Virus record (IMG/VR): IMGVR_UViG_3300027764_000020
Location: 1-31,482 of that record
Length of the DNA: 31,482 bases
Strand: one strand, 5' to 3'
Source: a virus
Lineage: Duplodnaviria > Caudoviricetes
The notes under the pieces were generated by a model. That model did not search any database. It was not told where the DNA came from and was given only the letters and a program-made list of their open reading frames with translations. The position numbers and the translations under genes were made by a program. Below, piece by piece: positions 18,460 to 25,955 of this stretch; the stretch's first letter is position 1; every line of letters begins with the position of its first letter.

Positions 18460-20682
18460 ATGGCCGATAAAAAACCAACGACAAAAGACATCTATCTTCT
18501 GTCTCAAAATCCTAACCTTGCGCCTCAATTTGACGAAGTGTATGGCAATGGAGCAGCCGCGCAAATCCTTGCCAGGGTAAAGCCACAAGTTGCACAGCAG
18601 CAAGCACCACAAACCCAAGGAAGCTATACAGGAGCAGCGGTACGCGGTCTGGCTCCACCACTACTCGGTGCTGCAATGGGCGCTCCATTCGGCCCTGTAG
18701 GTATGCTGGCAGGTGGATTGGCACTGCCAGCCGCTGACGCACTGACGGCACTCATAAACACGGCCACTGCTGGCACTGAAAAAATCACTGGTGGCAGATA
18801 CGGGCGCATGACAATGCCATCACAGGCTGCGCAAGACTTGCTAACGCAATTGGGAGTTCCACAAGCAGAGACAACAGGTCAGCGTGCATTGCAAACTGGC
18901 CTTGGCGCACTTGGCGGGACAGCATCTCAGATAGGTGGTTTGCAGACATTGGCAAGAACTGCCACGACTCCTATGGCACGTGCAATCAGCACTCAAATGG
19001 CGCAACGTCCAGTTGCGCAGATGGTGACCTCAGTCCCTGCCGGTGCTGCTGGTCAGGCTGCTGCTGAAGCTGCACAAGGTTATGGTCCTGCTGCCGCTAC
19101 TCTTGCGGCGATGGCGGCATCTACGGCAGTTGGTGGAGCAGGGATGACGCAAAGACAAGCGCCTGCTCAAACCACCGCACAGGTACGCGCTGCTGATACA
19201 GCAGCAAAGGCACGTCAACTTGGATTCACCGGAGAGACTGCCCTGACTCCTGGTCAGGCTGGCACAAACCGAACAGCGCAAATCTTTGAGGCTACTGCTG
19301 GGACGATACCTTTCTCTGCTGGGCAGTTCACTAGACGCTATGGCAAACAATCAGACTATGCCGAGGGGATAATCAACAAGGTCGCCGACCTGTTTGGTGG
19401 GATGCCAGCACAACCTGATGCTGCTTTCTCTTCTGGTGCTAGTGCTGTGAAGTCGGCGGCTGCGCGGAATGTTGACACCATCGGAAGCCAGATACGCCAG
19501 GTCGCCTCGCAAACTGATATCGACCTGAAGCAAGTACCAAACTTTGAGCAATCGATTCTCAATGCTCGAAAACTTCTAGCATCGATACCTCCTGCTATGC
19601 GGAAAGACCCGTTGTTTGAAAGTTTCGAGCAGTTCTATTTTGGCAAGCCAAACGAAGAACTTAAATTAAAGGTGGATGCTGCACTTAGCAATGTCGGATT
19701 GACTCCACTAAGCCCAAATTACAAGGCAACGCAGGCCATTGTTAGAAAGCAACTGGTCGACAGTGGAATTCCTGAGTATGAATATTTGGGTTACCAGCAA
19801 AGAGGCTCACTTCCAGGTAGTGACTACCAGGATCAGCGCCAACTCTTTGGAGATTTAGCCTTTACAAATAAAGGTACAAAGATCGGTACTGCGTTTAGGT
19901 CATTGCGTGATTCACTTGATGACGCAAGAGATCAGACATTCAAAATCGCTGGGATGGAAGACCAAGTTACCAAGCTGAAAGAATTGCGCGGTTCTTATGG
20001 TTCTGCCAAAGACTTGAACGACAGGGTTAAATCTGCTGGCGATAAGACAGCCGTGAACTACATCCTTGCGAATCAGGATAGCCTGGCTACTAAGGTTTTA
20101 CCGTTAATGACTGATGTAGAAAAGCAGTCACTGGCCCAGGCAGTATTGGCTGATATTCAGCAGAACTCCATGTTCCCAACTGGTGAGATGGACATCACCA
20201 AATTCGGCAGGAATCTGATTAAGGATGTCAAGGCATCACCGACTACACTGCCGCAAATCCTCGGACCTGAGAACGCGACAACGCTTACAAACCTGGCAGA
20301 AGTGGCCCAGTCAGCGTTGAAGTCTAAGGTTCCTACATCGGGTACAGCAGAGCGAACAGGAATGATGGGCCTGCTGACCTCAATGCCAGCCAAGGTAGGC
20401 GCTGCTATGGCCGGTGGCACTGCCCTGACGGGTGAGCCTATCCTCGGCACTGCATTGGCTCTGGGTACGCCAGCACTGGCAACCAAAGCCTACCTGTCTC
20501 CTAGAATGCAGCGGATGTACGGTAACACGATGGACCCAATGTTCAACTACATGGGCGCTCCGCTTGATCCTATGGCGCAGTATCTGCAAAGCCTTGGGAT
20601 GGTAAACACGCAATTGAACCAGCCAGGTGGCGCTTTTGCTGGCGATATGTACCCTGCGGCTGCAGGACTACTTGGGTATTGA
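18460..20682 (+). CDS. Large internal virion/ejection protein
   Basis: 740 aa, A/G-rich with glycine zippers; LTPGQ and PTSGTAER motifs; last gene of the late block. Confidence 0.7.
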   Translation: MADKKPTTKDIYLLSQNPNLAPQFDEVYGNGAAAQILARVKPQVAQQQAPQTQGSYTGAAVRGLAPPLLGAAMGAPFGPVGMLAGGLALPAADALTALINTATAGTEKITGGRYGRMTMPSQAAQDLLTQLGVPQAETTGQRALQTGLGALGGTASQIGGLQTLARTATTPMARAISTQMAQRPVAQMVTSVPAGAAGQAAAEAAQGYGPAAATLAAMAASTAVGGAGMTQRQAPAQTTAQVRAADTAAKARQLGFTGETALTPGQAGTNRTAQIFEATAGTIPFSAGQFTRRYGKQSDYAEGIINKVADLFGGMPAQPDAAFSSGASAVKSAAARNVDTIGSQIRQVASQTDIDLKQVPNFEQSILNARKLLASIPPAMRKDPLFESFEQFYFGKPNEELKLKVDAALSNVGLTPLSPNYKATQAIVRKQLVDSGIPEYEYLGYQQRGSLPGSDYQDQRQLFGDLAFTNKGTKIGTAFRSLRDSLDDARDQTFKIAGMEDQVTKLKELRGSYGSAKDLNDRVKSAGDKTAVNYILANQDSLATKVLPLMTDVEKQSLAQAVLADIQQNSMFPTGEMDITKFGRNLIKDVKASPTTLPQILGPENATTLTNLAEVAQSALKSKVPTSGTAERTGMMGLLTSMPAKVGAAMAGGTALTGEPILGTALALGTPALATKAYLSPRMQRMYGNTMDPMFNYMGAPLDPMAQYLQSLGMVNTQLNQPGGAFAGDMYPAAAGLLGY

Positions 20683-21039
20683 GTAGAAAGCCGCCATCAG
20701 CGGATGCACCTTAATCTTCCGTCTGGCGGCACGCTCACGCGCTAAACGAAAGTCCTTGTCCTCCTGGGACTCATTCGCACGCACTCTCTTAACGCGCTCA
20801 TACCCTGAGTAAGCTGCAGGACGTGGGGCGTCAACACCTATGCCCCAAGCGTAGACCCTGGCAATCGTCCCCTTGGTGCGAGACCAGCCTGCGACGTACA
20901 CCTGGCCGCGCTCATGCATCTTCTTCATGTTGTTCTCAACAGCACGCTCGGACAGGAAAACGGCAGCCGCTAACTCCTTGCGCGTCATTGGACGTTTCCT
21001 AAGAGCCTGCTCAATTTGTTTCAGTCGGGTGGGTTTCAT
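20668..21039 (-). CDS. Winged-helix DNA-binding protein
   Basis: PMTRKELAAAVFLSERAVENNMKKMH HTH; VYVAGW...VYAWG wing; very basic. Confidence 0.75.
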   Translation of the reverse strand: MKPTRLKQIEQALRKRPMTRKELAAAVFLSERAVENNMKKMHERGQVYVAGWSRTKGTIARVYAWGIGVDAPRPAAYSGYERVKRVRANESQEDKDFRLARERAARRKIKVHPLMAAFYSIPK

Positions 21040-21089
21040 GTTTGCTACATCAATAAGTGTTAGATTCCACGCAACTTTGTGGAGTCACC

Positions 21090-22061
21090 ATGCAACCTAA
21101 AGTTTCCCGAGAAGAGTTTATCAATGTCTGGAGTCGATATGGCTCTGCTGCTGAAGTGGCAAAGCACCTGGATATTTCTGAGCGTTCTGTGTACAACAGA
21201 CGGCGCAGAATTGAAAAGGACACTAACCAGCCGCTGATTGGCGTTGACCAGAGGTCGCAAAAATACTCTCAGTTCCAGCCAATCCAGACCTCGCTCAACC
21301 GTATTGATCTTGGCATCCTCGACCAGACCATAATCGTTTTTAGTGATGCGCACTTCTGGCCTGGCGAATACACCACCGCATACCGTGGCCTGCTGTGGGC
21401 TATCAAGGAACTGAAGCCGCACGCCGTAATCTCTAACGGCGATGCATTCGACGGGGCTACTATCAGCAGGCACGACCCGCTGGGCTGGTCCAAGACTCCA
21501 TCCGTAATAGAAGAGCTGAAGGCGGTGCAGGCCCACCTTGGCGAGATCGAGGAGACGGCCAAGGCAGCCAGGCACAACTGTAAGCTGCTGTTCACCTGGG
21601 GCAACCACGACACGCGATTCGCCAACAAGCTGGCGTCCCAGGCTCCTCAGTACCGCGAGGTGCATGGGTTTAAGCTGCAAGACCACCTCCCAGCCTGGGA
21701 GTTTGCCTGGTCTGTCTGGCCCACACCGGACTGCATCATCAAACACCGATATCGCTCCGGCGTCCATGCCGCGCACAACAATACTGTCAACGCTGGAATA
21801 TCTATTGTCACCGGCCATCTGCACTCGCTGAAGGTGACGCCATTTGCTGACTACAAGGGCAACAGGTATGGCGTAGATACTGGAACGCTTGCCGAACCCT
21901 ACGGCCCACAGTTTGATTATGGGGAAGGGAATCCTCTGAACCACCGGTCCGGATTTGCGGTCCTGACATTCAAGGGTGGTAAGCTTTTGTGGCCTGAAAT
22001 AGTCCACAAGTGGGGGGACGAAAATCAGGTAGAGTTCAGAGGCCAGATCATCAACGTTTAA
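21090..22061 (+). CDS. HTH-fused calcineurin-like metallophosphoesterase
   Basis: GGAG RBS before ATG 21090; SAAEVAKHLDISERSVY HTH; SDAH, NGDAFD, GNHD, KH, GHLH motifs. Confidence 0.88.
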   Translation: MQPKVSREEFINVWSRYGSAAEVAKHLDISERSVYNRRRRIEKDTNQPLIGVDQRSQKYSQFQPIQTSLNRIDLGILDQTIIVFSDAHFWPGEYTTAYRGLLWAIKELKPHAVISNGDAFDGATISRHDPLGWSKTPSVIEELKAVQAHLGEIEETAKAARHNCKLLFTWGNHDTRFANKLASQAPQYREVHGFKLQDHLPAWEFAWSVWPTPDCIIKHRYRSGVHAAHNNTVNAGISIVTGHLHSLKVTPFADYKGNRYGVDTGTLAEPYGPQFDYGEGNPLNHRSGFAVLTFKGGKLLWPEIVHKWGDENQVEFRGQIINV

Positions 22062-22071
22062 GGAGTTTTCC

Positions 22072-22344
22072 ATGTTTTCATTCACGGTAATCATTAACAA
22101 TTCCACTGAGGTGGAAATCGACAGCGATTGCGAATCGTTAGTCGATTGCTTTCAAGATGGCGAAGAGTACGAGTACGACGAAGAGGCAGATTGCTACTGC
22201 TGGTTCGACGCTGAGTACGACGCCTGGTACTGGCTGAACGAAGAGACCGGAGAGTGGCTCCTGGTCGAAGACGACGAGGCAGACTGGGGCGACGACGAGG
22301 AAGAGTACGACGACGAAGAGGAAGAAGAAACCGAGGCTGCTTAA
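22072..22344 (+). CDS. Hyperacidic small protein
   Basis: AAGGAG RBS; about 38 of 90 residues are D/E (hand count); no K, R or H. Confidence 0.75.
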   Translation: MFSFTVIINNSTEVEIDSDCESLVDCFQDGEEYEYDEEADCYCWFDAEYDAWYWLNEETGEWLLVEDDEADWGDDEEEYDDEEEEETEAA

Positions 22345-22529
22345 ACCTCATCCTCCGACCCAGGGCACTGGTCGCTCATAAGGCGGCCAGTGTCCTTTTT
22401 TTCTTTAATCCTCTCCATCGTCGAGAACCGGTGCATATTGGCGCACTCGTACCGGCGGTAGGTCTCATTGTTGTACTTGTGCCTGGTCTCTAAGACGCGA
22501 GTCCAGGCGTTGCATTGTGGGCAGATCAT
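22341..22529 (-). CDS. Zinc-ribbon protein (NrdR N-terminal / Ogr-like)
   Basis: MICPQC...TRVLETR...RRYECANMHRFSTME. Confidence 0.8.
   Translation of the reverse strand: MICPQCNAWTRVLETRHKYNNETYRRYECANMHRFSTMERIKEKKDTGRLMSDQCPGSEDEV
22362..22402 (+). terminator. Rho-independent terminator for the phosphoesterase-acidic protein unit
   Basis: AGGGCACTGGTCGC-TCATAAG-GCGGCCAGTGTCCT followed by T run. Confidence 0.8.
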
Positions 22530-22708
22530 TTGGGTTCGCCAGACGCAATTTCATTTAATGCAATATCCACCTCGGCCTGCGCCGCCATACCATCTTCATA
22601 CCCACGAGCATAAGATGTTTGCTCCATTGCAATCAGTTGGTTAATTAGGCGCTGCTGTATCTCGCAGATGCGGGTCAAGCTGTCTAATGCTAAGTCACGT
22701 TTGCTCAT
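22526..22708 (-). CDS. Hypothetical protein
   Basis: ATGA coupling; SYARGYEDG motif. Confidence 0.6.
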   Translation of the reverse strand: MSKRDLALDSLTRICEIQQRLINQLIAMEQTSYARGYEDGMAAQAEVDIALNEIASGEPK

Positions 22709-22902
22709 GTGTTCTTCTCCTTGAGTTTGGCTTGGATAGCAAGGCCGATGCGAACCTCTTCAACGGAAGAGCACCCAAGATTTAACCATTCCTGCTCCGT
22801 CAGATTTGCCCACGGCTCCTGCGCTGGTTGTTCCACTTCAAATTTTTGAAACAACGCATCTTTGTCAGCAGCCGCGTCACGCTTTGAATTAAATCCGGTC
22901 AT
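22705..22902 (-). CDS. Hypothetical protein (AIQAKLKEKNT C-terminus)
   Basis: TGATG coupling gives start 22902; EPWANLTEQE...AIQAKLKEKNT. Confidence 0.65.
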   Translation of the reverse strand: MTGFNSKRDAAADKDALFQKFEVEQPAQEPWANLTEQEWLNLGCSSVEEVRIGLAIQAKLKEKNT

Positions 22903-23078
22903 CACTTGCACTCCTGGGTAAACAAGGCGGCGATGCTGCCGCAGATAGGCTCATATGTGTAGTAGCCCCAGGCCATGCAGGCTGCGGCTACGACAGACAC
23001 CAAACCGATAAAGAAAAACACGCTGGCTATCAGGCCAAGGGCGATGGTTGCCCAGGAATCAATATCATCGTCATCCAT
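22902..23078 (-). CDS. Small membrane protein (58 aa); absent from ORF track
   Basis: GGAG RBS; MDDDDIDSWATIALGLIASVFFFIGLVSVVAAACMAWGYY... Confidence 0.65.
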   Translation of the reverse strand: MDDDDIDSWATIALGLIASVFFFIGLVSVVAAACMAWGYYTYEPICGSIAALFTQECK

Positions 23079-23138
23079 GATGCGTACTCCGGTGAATCAA
23101 ACACAAACAGCATGGCGCAGAGCGCCACAACGAGCAGG

Positions 23139-23387
23139 CTAGTTAGCCTTGGCATAGTCCAGCTCAATCTGGGCAGATTTCAGTTCCTTGCGCAGTATCT
23201 CCAGCTCCTGGTCCAAACGCCGCTGCACAAAATCAGCACCACGCGCCCAGCCTGCCAGGGCTACTTCTGTGCAGGCGCTGTGCAGGATAGTCGCCAGGTC
23301 GCCTCGGTCTATCACGCCGAAGTCGCCAACAGCGGGTAGGTGCGCGAACACGGTCTTCTTGATTTCGATTTCTAGAGGATTTTTCAT
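23139..23387 (-). CDS. Hypothetical protein with C-terminal coiled coil
   Basis: ATGA coupling gives start 23387 (MKNPLEIEIKK). Confidence 0.6.
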   Translation of the reverse strand: MKNPLEIEIKKTVFAHLPAVGDFGVIDRGDLATILHSACTEVALAGWARGADFVQRRLDQELEILRKELKSAQIELDYAKAN

Positions 23388-23470
23388 GCGAACCACCATT
23401 GAGTTAGGACATAGGAAAGTGCTGCGAGGATTGCTGCTGAGAGCAGCGCGTCAAGGATTAAGGATTTCAT
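23384..23470 (-). CDS. 28-aa single-TM peptide; absent from ORF track
   Basis: MKSLILDALLSAAILAALSYVLTQWWFA, ATGA-coupled on both sides, GGAG upstream. Confidence 0.6.
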   Translation of the reverse strand: MKSLILDALLSAAILAALSYVLTQWWFA

Positions 23471-23754
23471 GCTCCGACTCCGATTTGGTAGGTGGTGGTT
23501 AGGTAATGGTTCTGCTCCATGATCTGACGCTGCTCTTGGCTGTATTCGCTCTTACGGCGCGGCAGGAAACGCTCAACGTAGGACCGGTGCGCGGCCATTG
23601 GCTGGTGGTAGAAGTCGCGGTAGGCTAACTCCGACTCGCGCAAAAAGGCTTCTGGGTTCTCGCGTTGCAAGGAGGCGGCGACCTTGTCGATCTGGCTGCA
23701 TCCGAAGCAGGCGGCAGCCTTGAGCTGGCTGCGTTGGTAGTTGGTGAGTTTCAT
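23467..23754 (-). CDS. Hypothetical protein, first gene of leftward early operon
   Basis: GGAG RBS before ATG 23754 (MKLTNYQRSQL). Confidence 0.65.
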   Translation of the reverse strand: MKLTNYQRSQLKAAACFGCSQIDKVAASLQRENPEAFLRESELAYRDFYHQPMAAHRSYVERFLPRRKSEYSQEQRQIMEQNHYLTTTYQIGVGA

Positions 23755-23894
23755 ATTAGCTCCGTTTGTTGATGACGGACGCATCATATCGCAGTTGATT
23801 ACTGCATCACAAACAGCAGTTGCGAAATGCATTAGGGAAAACACCTAGTCTTTTTGGTGTAGAATGCGTCATCTAGGAGGTGATAATCTAATCA
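23755..23894. promoter_or_regulatory. Divergent control region with a leftward sigma70-like promoter and TGAY-N6-ATCA operator-like sites
   Basis: Minus strand TTGTGA-N18-TATGAT (23812-23783); palindromic sites at 23773-23786, 23796-23809, 23881-23894; + strand TAGAAT at 23860. Confidence 0.6.
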
Positions 23895-24124
23895 TGGAAA
23901 CAACCACACAAGCTGCCATCAGGGCCATCCGCGAGAAAGCGGAACGCTCCGGCTTTACTCTGAGCGATGTCGCCTACGCGGCAGGCATTGACAAGGCCCA
24001 GGTCTCGCGCTGGTCTACCGGCAAGGTCGTTCCACTGTACTCGGCAGTTGTCAATCTGCAGGAGGCTTGCGATGCTTTGGTGGAAGCTAGGCTGCTGATG
24101 CTCCAAAAGGAGAGCCAGCAGTGA
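23894..24124 (+). CDS. Cro/XRE-like HTH regulator
   Basis: AGGAGG upstream; FTLSDVAYAAGIDKAQVSRWSTGKVVP. Confidence 0.85.
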   Translation: METTTQAAIRAIREKAERSGFTLSDVAYAAGIDKAQVSRWSTGKVVPLYSAVVNLQEACDALVEARLLMLQKESQQ

Positions 24125-24801
24125 TTCACTATCACGGGACGCCTATCAGTCCCATGAAAGCTATAGAGACAATGGGCGGCAAGCACTTTTGTGTGTCGTA
24201 TGCACGTCCTGACGATCTCAAACGCTGCTTGCGTATTGGTCAATCTTTGATGTTGGACAACGGCGCATTCAGCGCGAAGACGAGAGGCTTACCCTTTGAC
24301 CGCGATGGGTTTTATGACTGGGTGGAACCCTTGCTGGCGCATCCGCATTGGGGCGTTGTGCCTGACGTGATTGATGGGTCGGAAGACGAGCAGCGCGAGA
24401 TGGTGAAGTCTTGGCCTTTCCGCAAGGAGATGGGCATTCCCGTTTGGCATCTTGGACTTTCGATCTCTTACCTAATTGAATTGTGCGATGCTTGGGGACG
24501 GGTATGCTTTGGGTCAGCCGGTGAGTTTTGGCAGATTGGCACATCAAAGTGGTGTCACCGCATGGACGAGGCATTCAACGCCCTGGTTAATACTTACGGC
24601 AGGCAAATCCCTTGGGTGCATGGAATGCGTATGCTTGGGCAGGCAAGCGGACCGTGGCCTTTGGCGAGTGCCGATTCGACTAATGTTGCGCTGCATCACG
24701 CAGAGCATTTAGAGTGCGCCGGTTGCATGGCAAAGCGCATTGATTCAACCAATCCACCGACAAAGTGGAATATTCAACCACTACAGGAAGTTTTATGCTG
24801 A
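24121..24801 (+). CDS. tRNA-guanine transglycosylase-fold (DpdA-like) protein
   Basis: LMLDNGAFS, VPDVIDG, IPVWH, VCFGS, VHGMRM, SADSTN appear in the order of TGT/DpdA barrel motifs; next to a VUT transporter. Confidence 0.7.
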   Translation: MIHYHGTPISPMKAIETMGGKHFCVSYARPDDLKRCLRIGQSLMLDNGAFSAKTRGLPFDRDGFYDWVEPLLAHPHWGVVPDVIDGSEDEQREMVKSWPFRKEMGIPVWHLGLSISYLIELCDAWGRVCFGSAGEFWQIGTSKWCHRMDEAFNALVNTYGRQIPWVHGMRMLGQASGPWPLASADSTNVALHHAEHLECAGCMAKRIDSTNPPTKWNIQPLQEVLC

Positions 24802-25265
24802 TTGCTGCTATTGTTGTTTACGCCATTGCCATGACATTGGCAAACCTATCCATTGCCACCTTTGGCGTTTGGGTCAGCCCCATCAATGCGTTTCTGTTTA
24901 TTGGACTCGACCTGGCATTGCGGGATTGGTTGCAAATGCAGATTAAGGCGTGGCAGATGGCGGTCTTGATTTCAGTCAGCGGCATCCTGACCTATGCCTT
25001 GAACCAGGATGCTGGCATGATTGCCGTAGCATCTGCTGCATCTTTCACGCTGGCGGCGTTGGCCGATTGGGCGGTGTTCTCAAAGTTGACAGGGTCATGG
25101 TTCAAGCGTGCCAATGTGTCCAATGTTGCTGGTGCAGCAGTTGATTCTGTGGCGTTCCCGACTATTGCTTTTGGCGTGCTGATGCCGGAAATCATTGCCC
25201 TGCAATTTGCCGCCAAAGTGGCTGGTGGATATGTTTGGTCTGTTCTGCTGGGGAAAATTAAGTGA
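24795..25265 (+). CDS. VUT family (YhhQ/QPTR-like) queuosine-precursor transporter
   Basis: Polytopic membrane protein; TLANL, GLDLALRDWLQ, IAVASAASF..A.LADW.VF, SNVAGAAVDSVAFPTIAFG, QFAAK. Confidence 0.85.
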   Translation: MLIAAIVVYAIAMTLANLSIATFGVWVSPINAFLFIGLDLALRDWLQMQIKAWQMAVLISVSGILTYALNQDAGMIAVASAASFTLAALADWAVFSKLTGSWFKRANVSNVAGAAVDSVAFPTIAFGVLMPEIIALQFAAKVAGGYVWSVLLGKIK

Positions 25266-25741
25266 GCTTCGTTATCGGAATCGACCCAGGCATCAGCGGA
25301 GCCATTGCTGTGTTTGAGGATGGCAAGCTGGACTGTGTAGTGGATATGCCCACAGTGGAGGTTGCGTCAGGCAAGTCCACGAAGCGCCACATTTCAGCGG
25401 TGACCTTAGTGGATATCTTAGATGGCTGGTCGCCGAATGAAGCGCACGTTGTAACCGAAAGGGTTCATGCTCGACCTGGCCAGGGAGTTTCCAGTATGTT
25501 TAATTTTGGGCGCAGCACTGGCATCATAGAGGGCGTTGTGGCCGCTATGCACTTCCCCAGCACCTACGTTACTCCCAATATGTGGACGAAGGCTGTAGGC
25601 CGCGCAGCGGGTAAGGATGCCAGCCGTATGCGTGCGATGGAACTGTTCCCTGCTAAAGCCGACCTGTTTAAGCGTGCGAAGGACGATGGCCGCGCAGATG
25701 CCTGCTTGATTGCTCACTGGTACATAACGAAAAATGCTTGA
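25262..25741 (+). CDS. ruvC: RuvC-like Holliday junction resolvase
   Basis: IGIDPGISGAIA, ERVHARPGQGVSSMFNFG, DGRADACLIA. Confidence 0.88.
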   Translation: MSFVIGIDPGISGAIAVFEDGKLDCVVDMPTVEVASGKSTKRHISAVTLVDILDGWSPNEAHVVTERVHARPGQGVSSMFNFGRSTGIIEGVVAAMHFPSTYVTPNMWTKAVGRAAGKDASRMRAMELFPAKADLFKRAKDDGRADACLIAHWYITKNA

Positions 25742-25955
25742 CCAACTGCGCACCATGCGCGAACACATTATCTGGCTGGGCACTCAGTTGGAGCAGGAGC
25801 GCGACTCCTCACGCGAAAAGACTGTGCTGCTCAAGCGCCTGCTGGACCCTGATGACCTGGGGCACGCGGTCACCAACGAGGTACGCAAACAAGCCTACGC
25901 AATCATTTCAAACGACCACGAAAGAGAGAGAGAAAAATGGAACGTATCAAACTAA
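25734..25955 (+). CDS. Hypothetical protein
   Basis: 73 aa, helical, overlaps both neighbours. Confidence 0.6.
   Translation: MLDQLRTMREHIIWLGTQLEQERDSSREKTVLLKRLLDPDDLGHAVTNEVRKQAYAIISNDHEREREKWNVSN

Noticed and set aside
21060-22106. 348-aa minus-strand ORF
   Set aside because: Antisense shadow of the phosphoesterase, which carries clear catalytic motifs
23796-23809. FNR box
   Set aside because: The FNR consensus is TTGAT-N4-ATCAA; spacing here is N6
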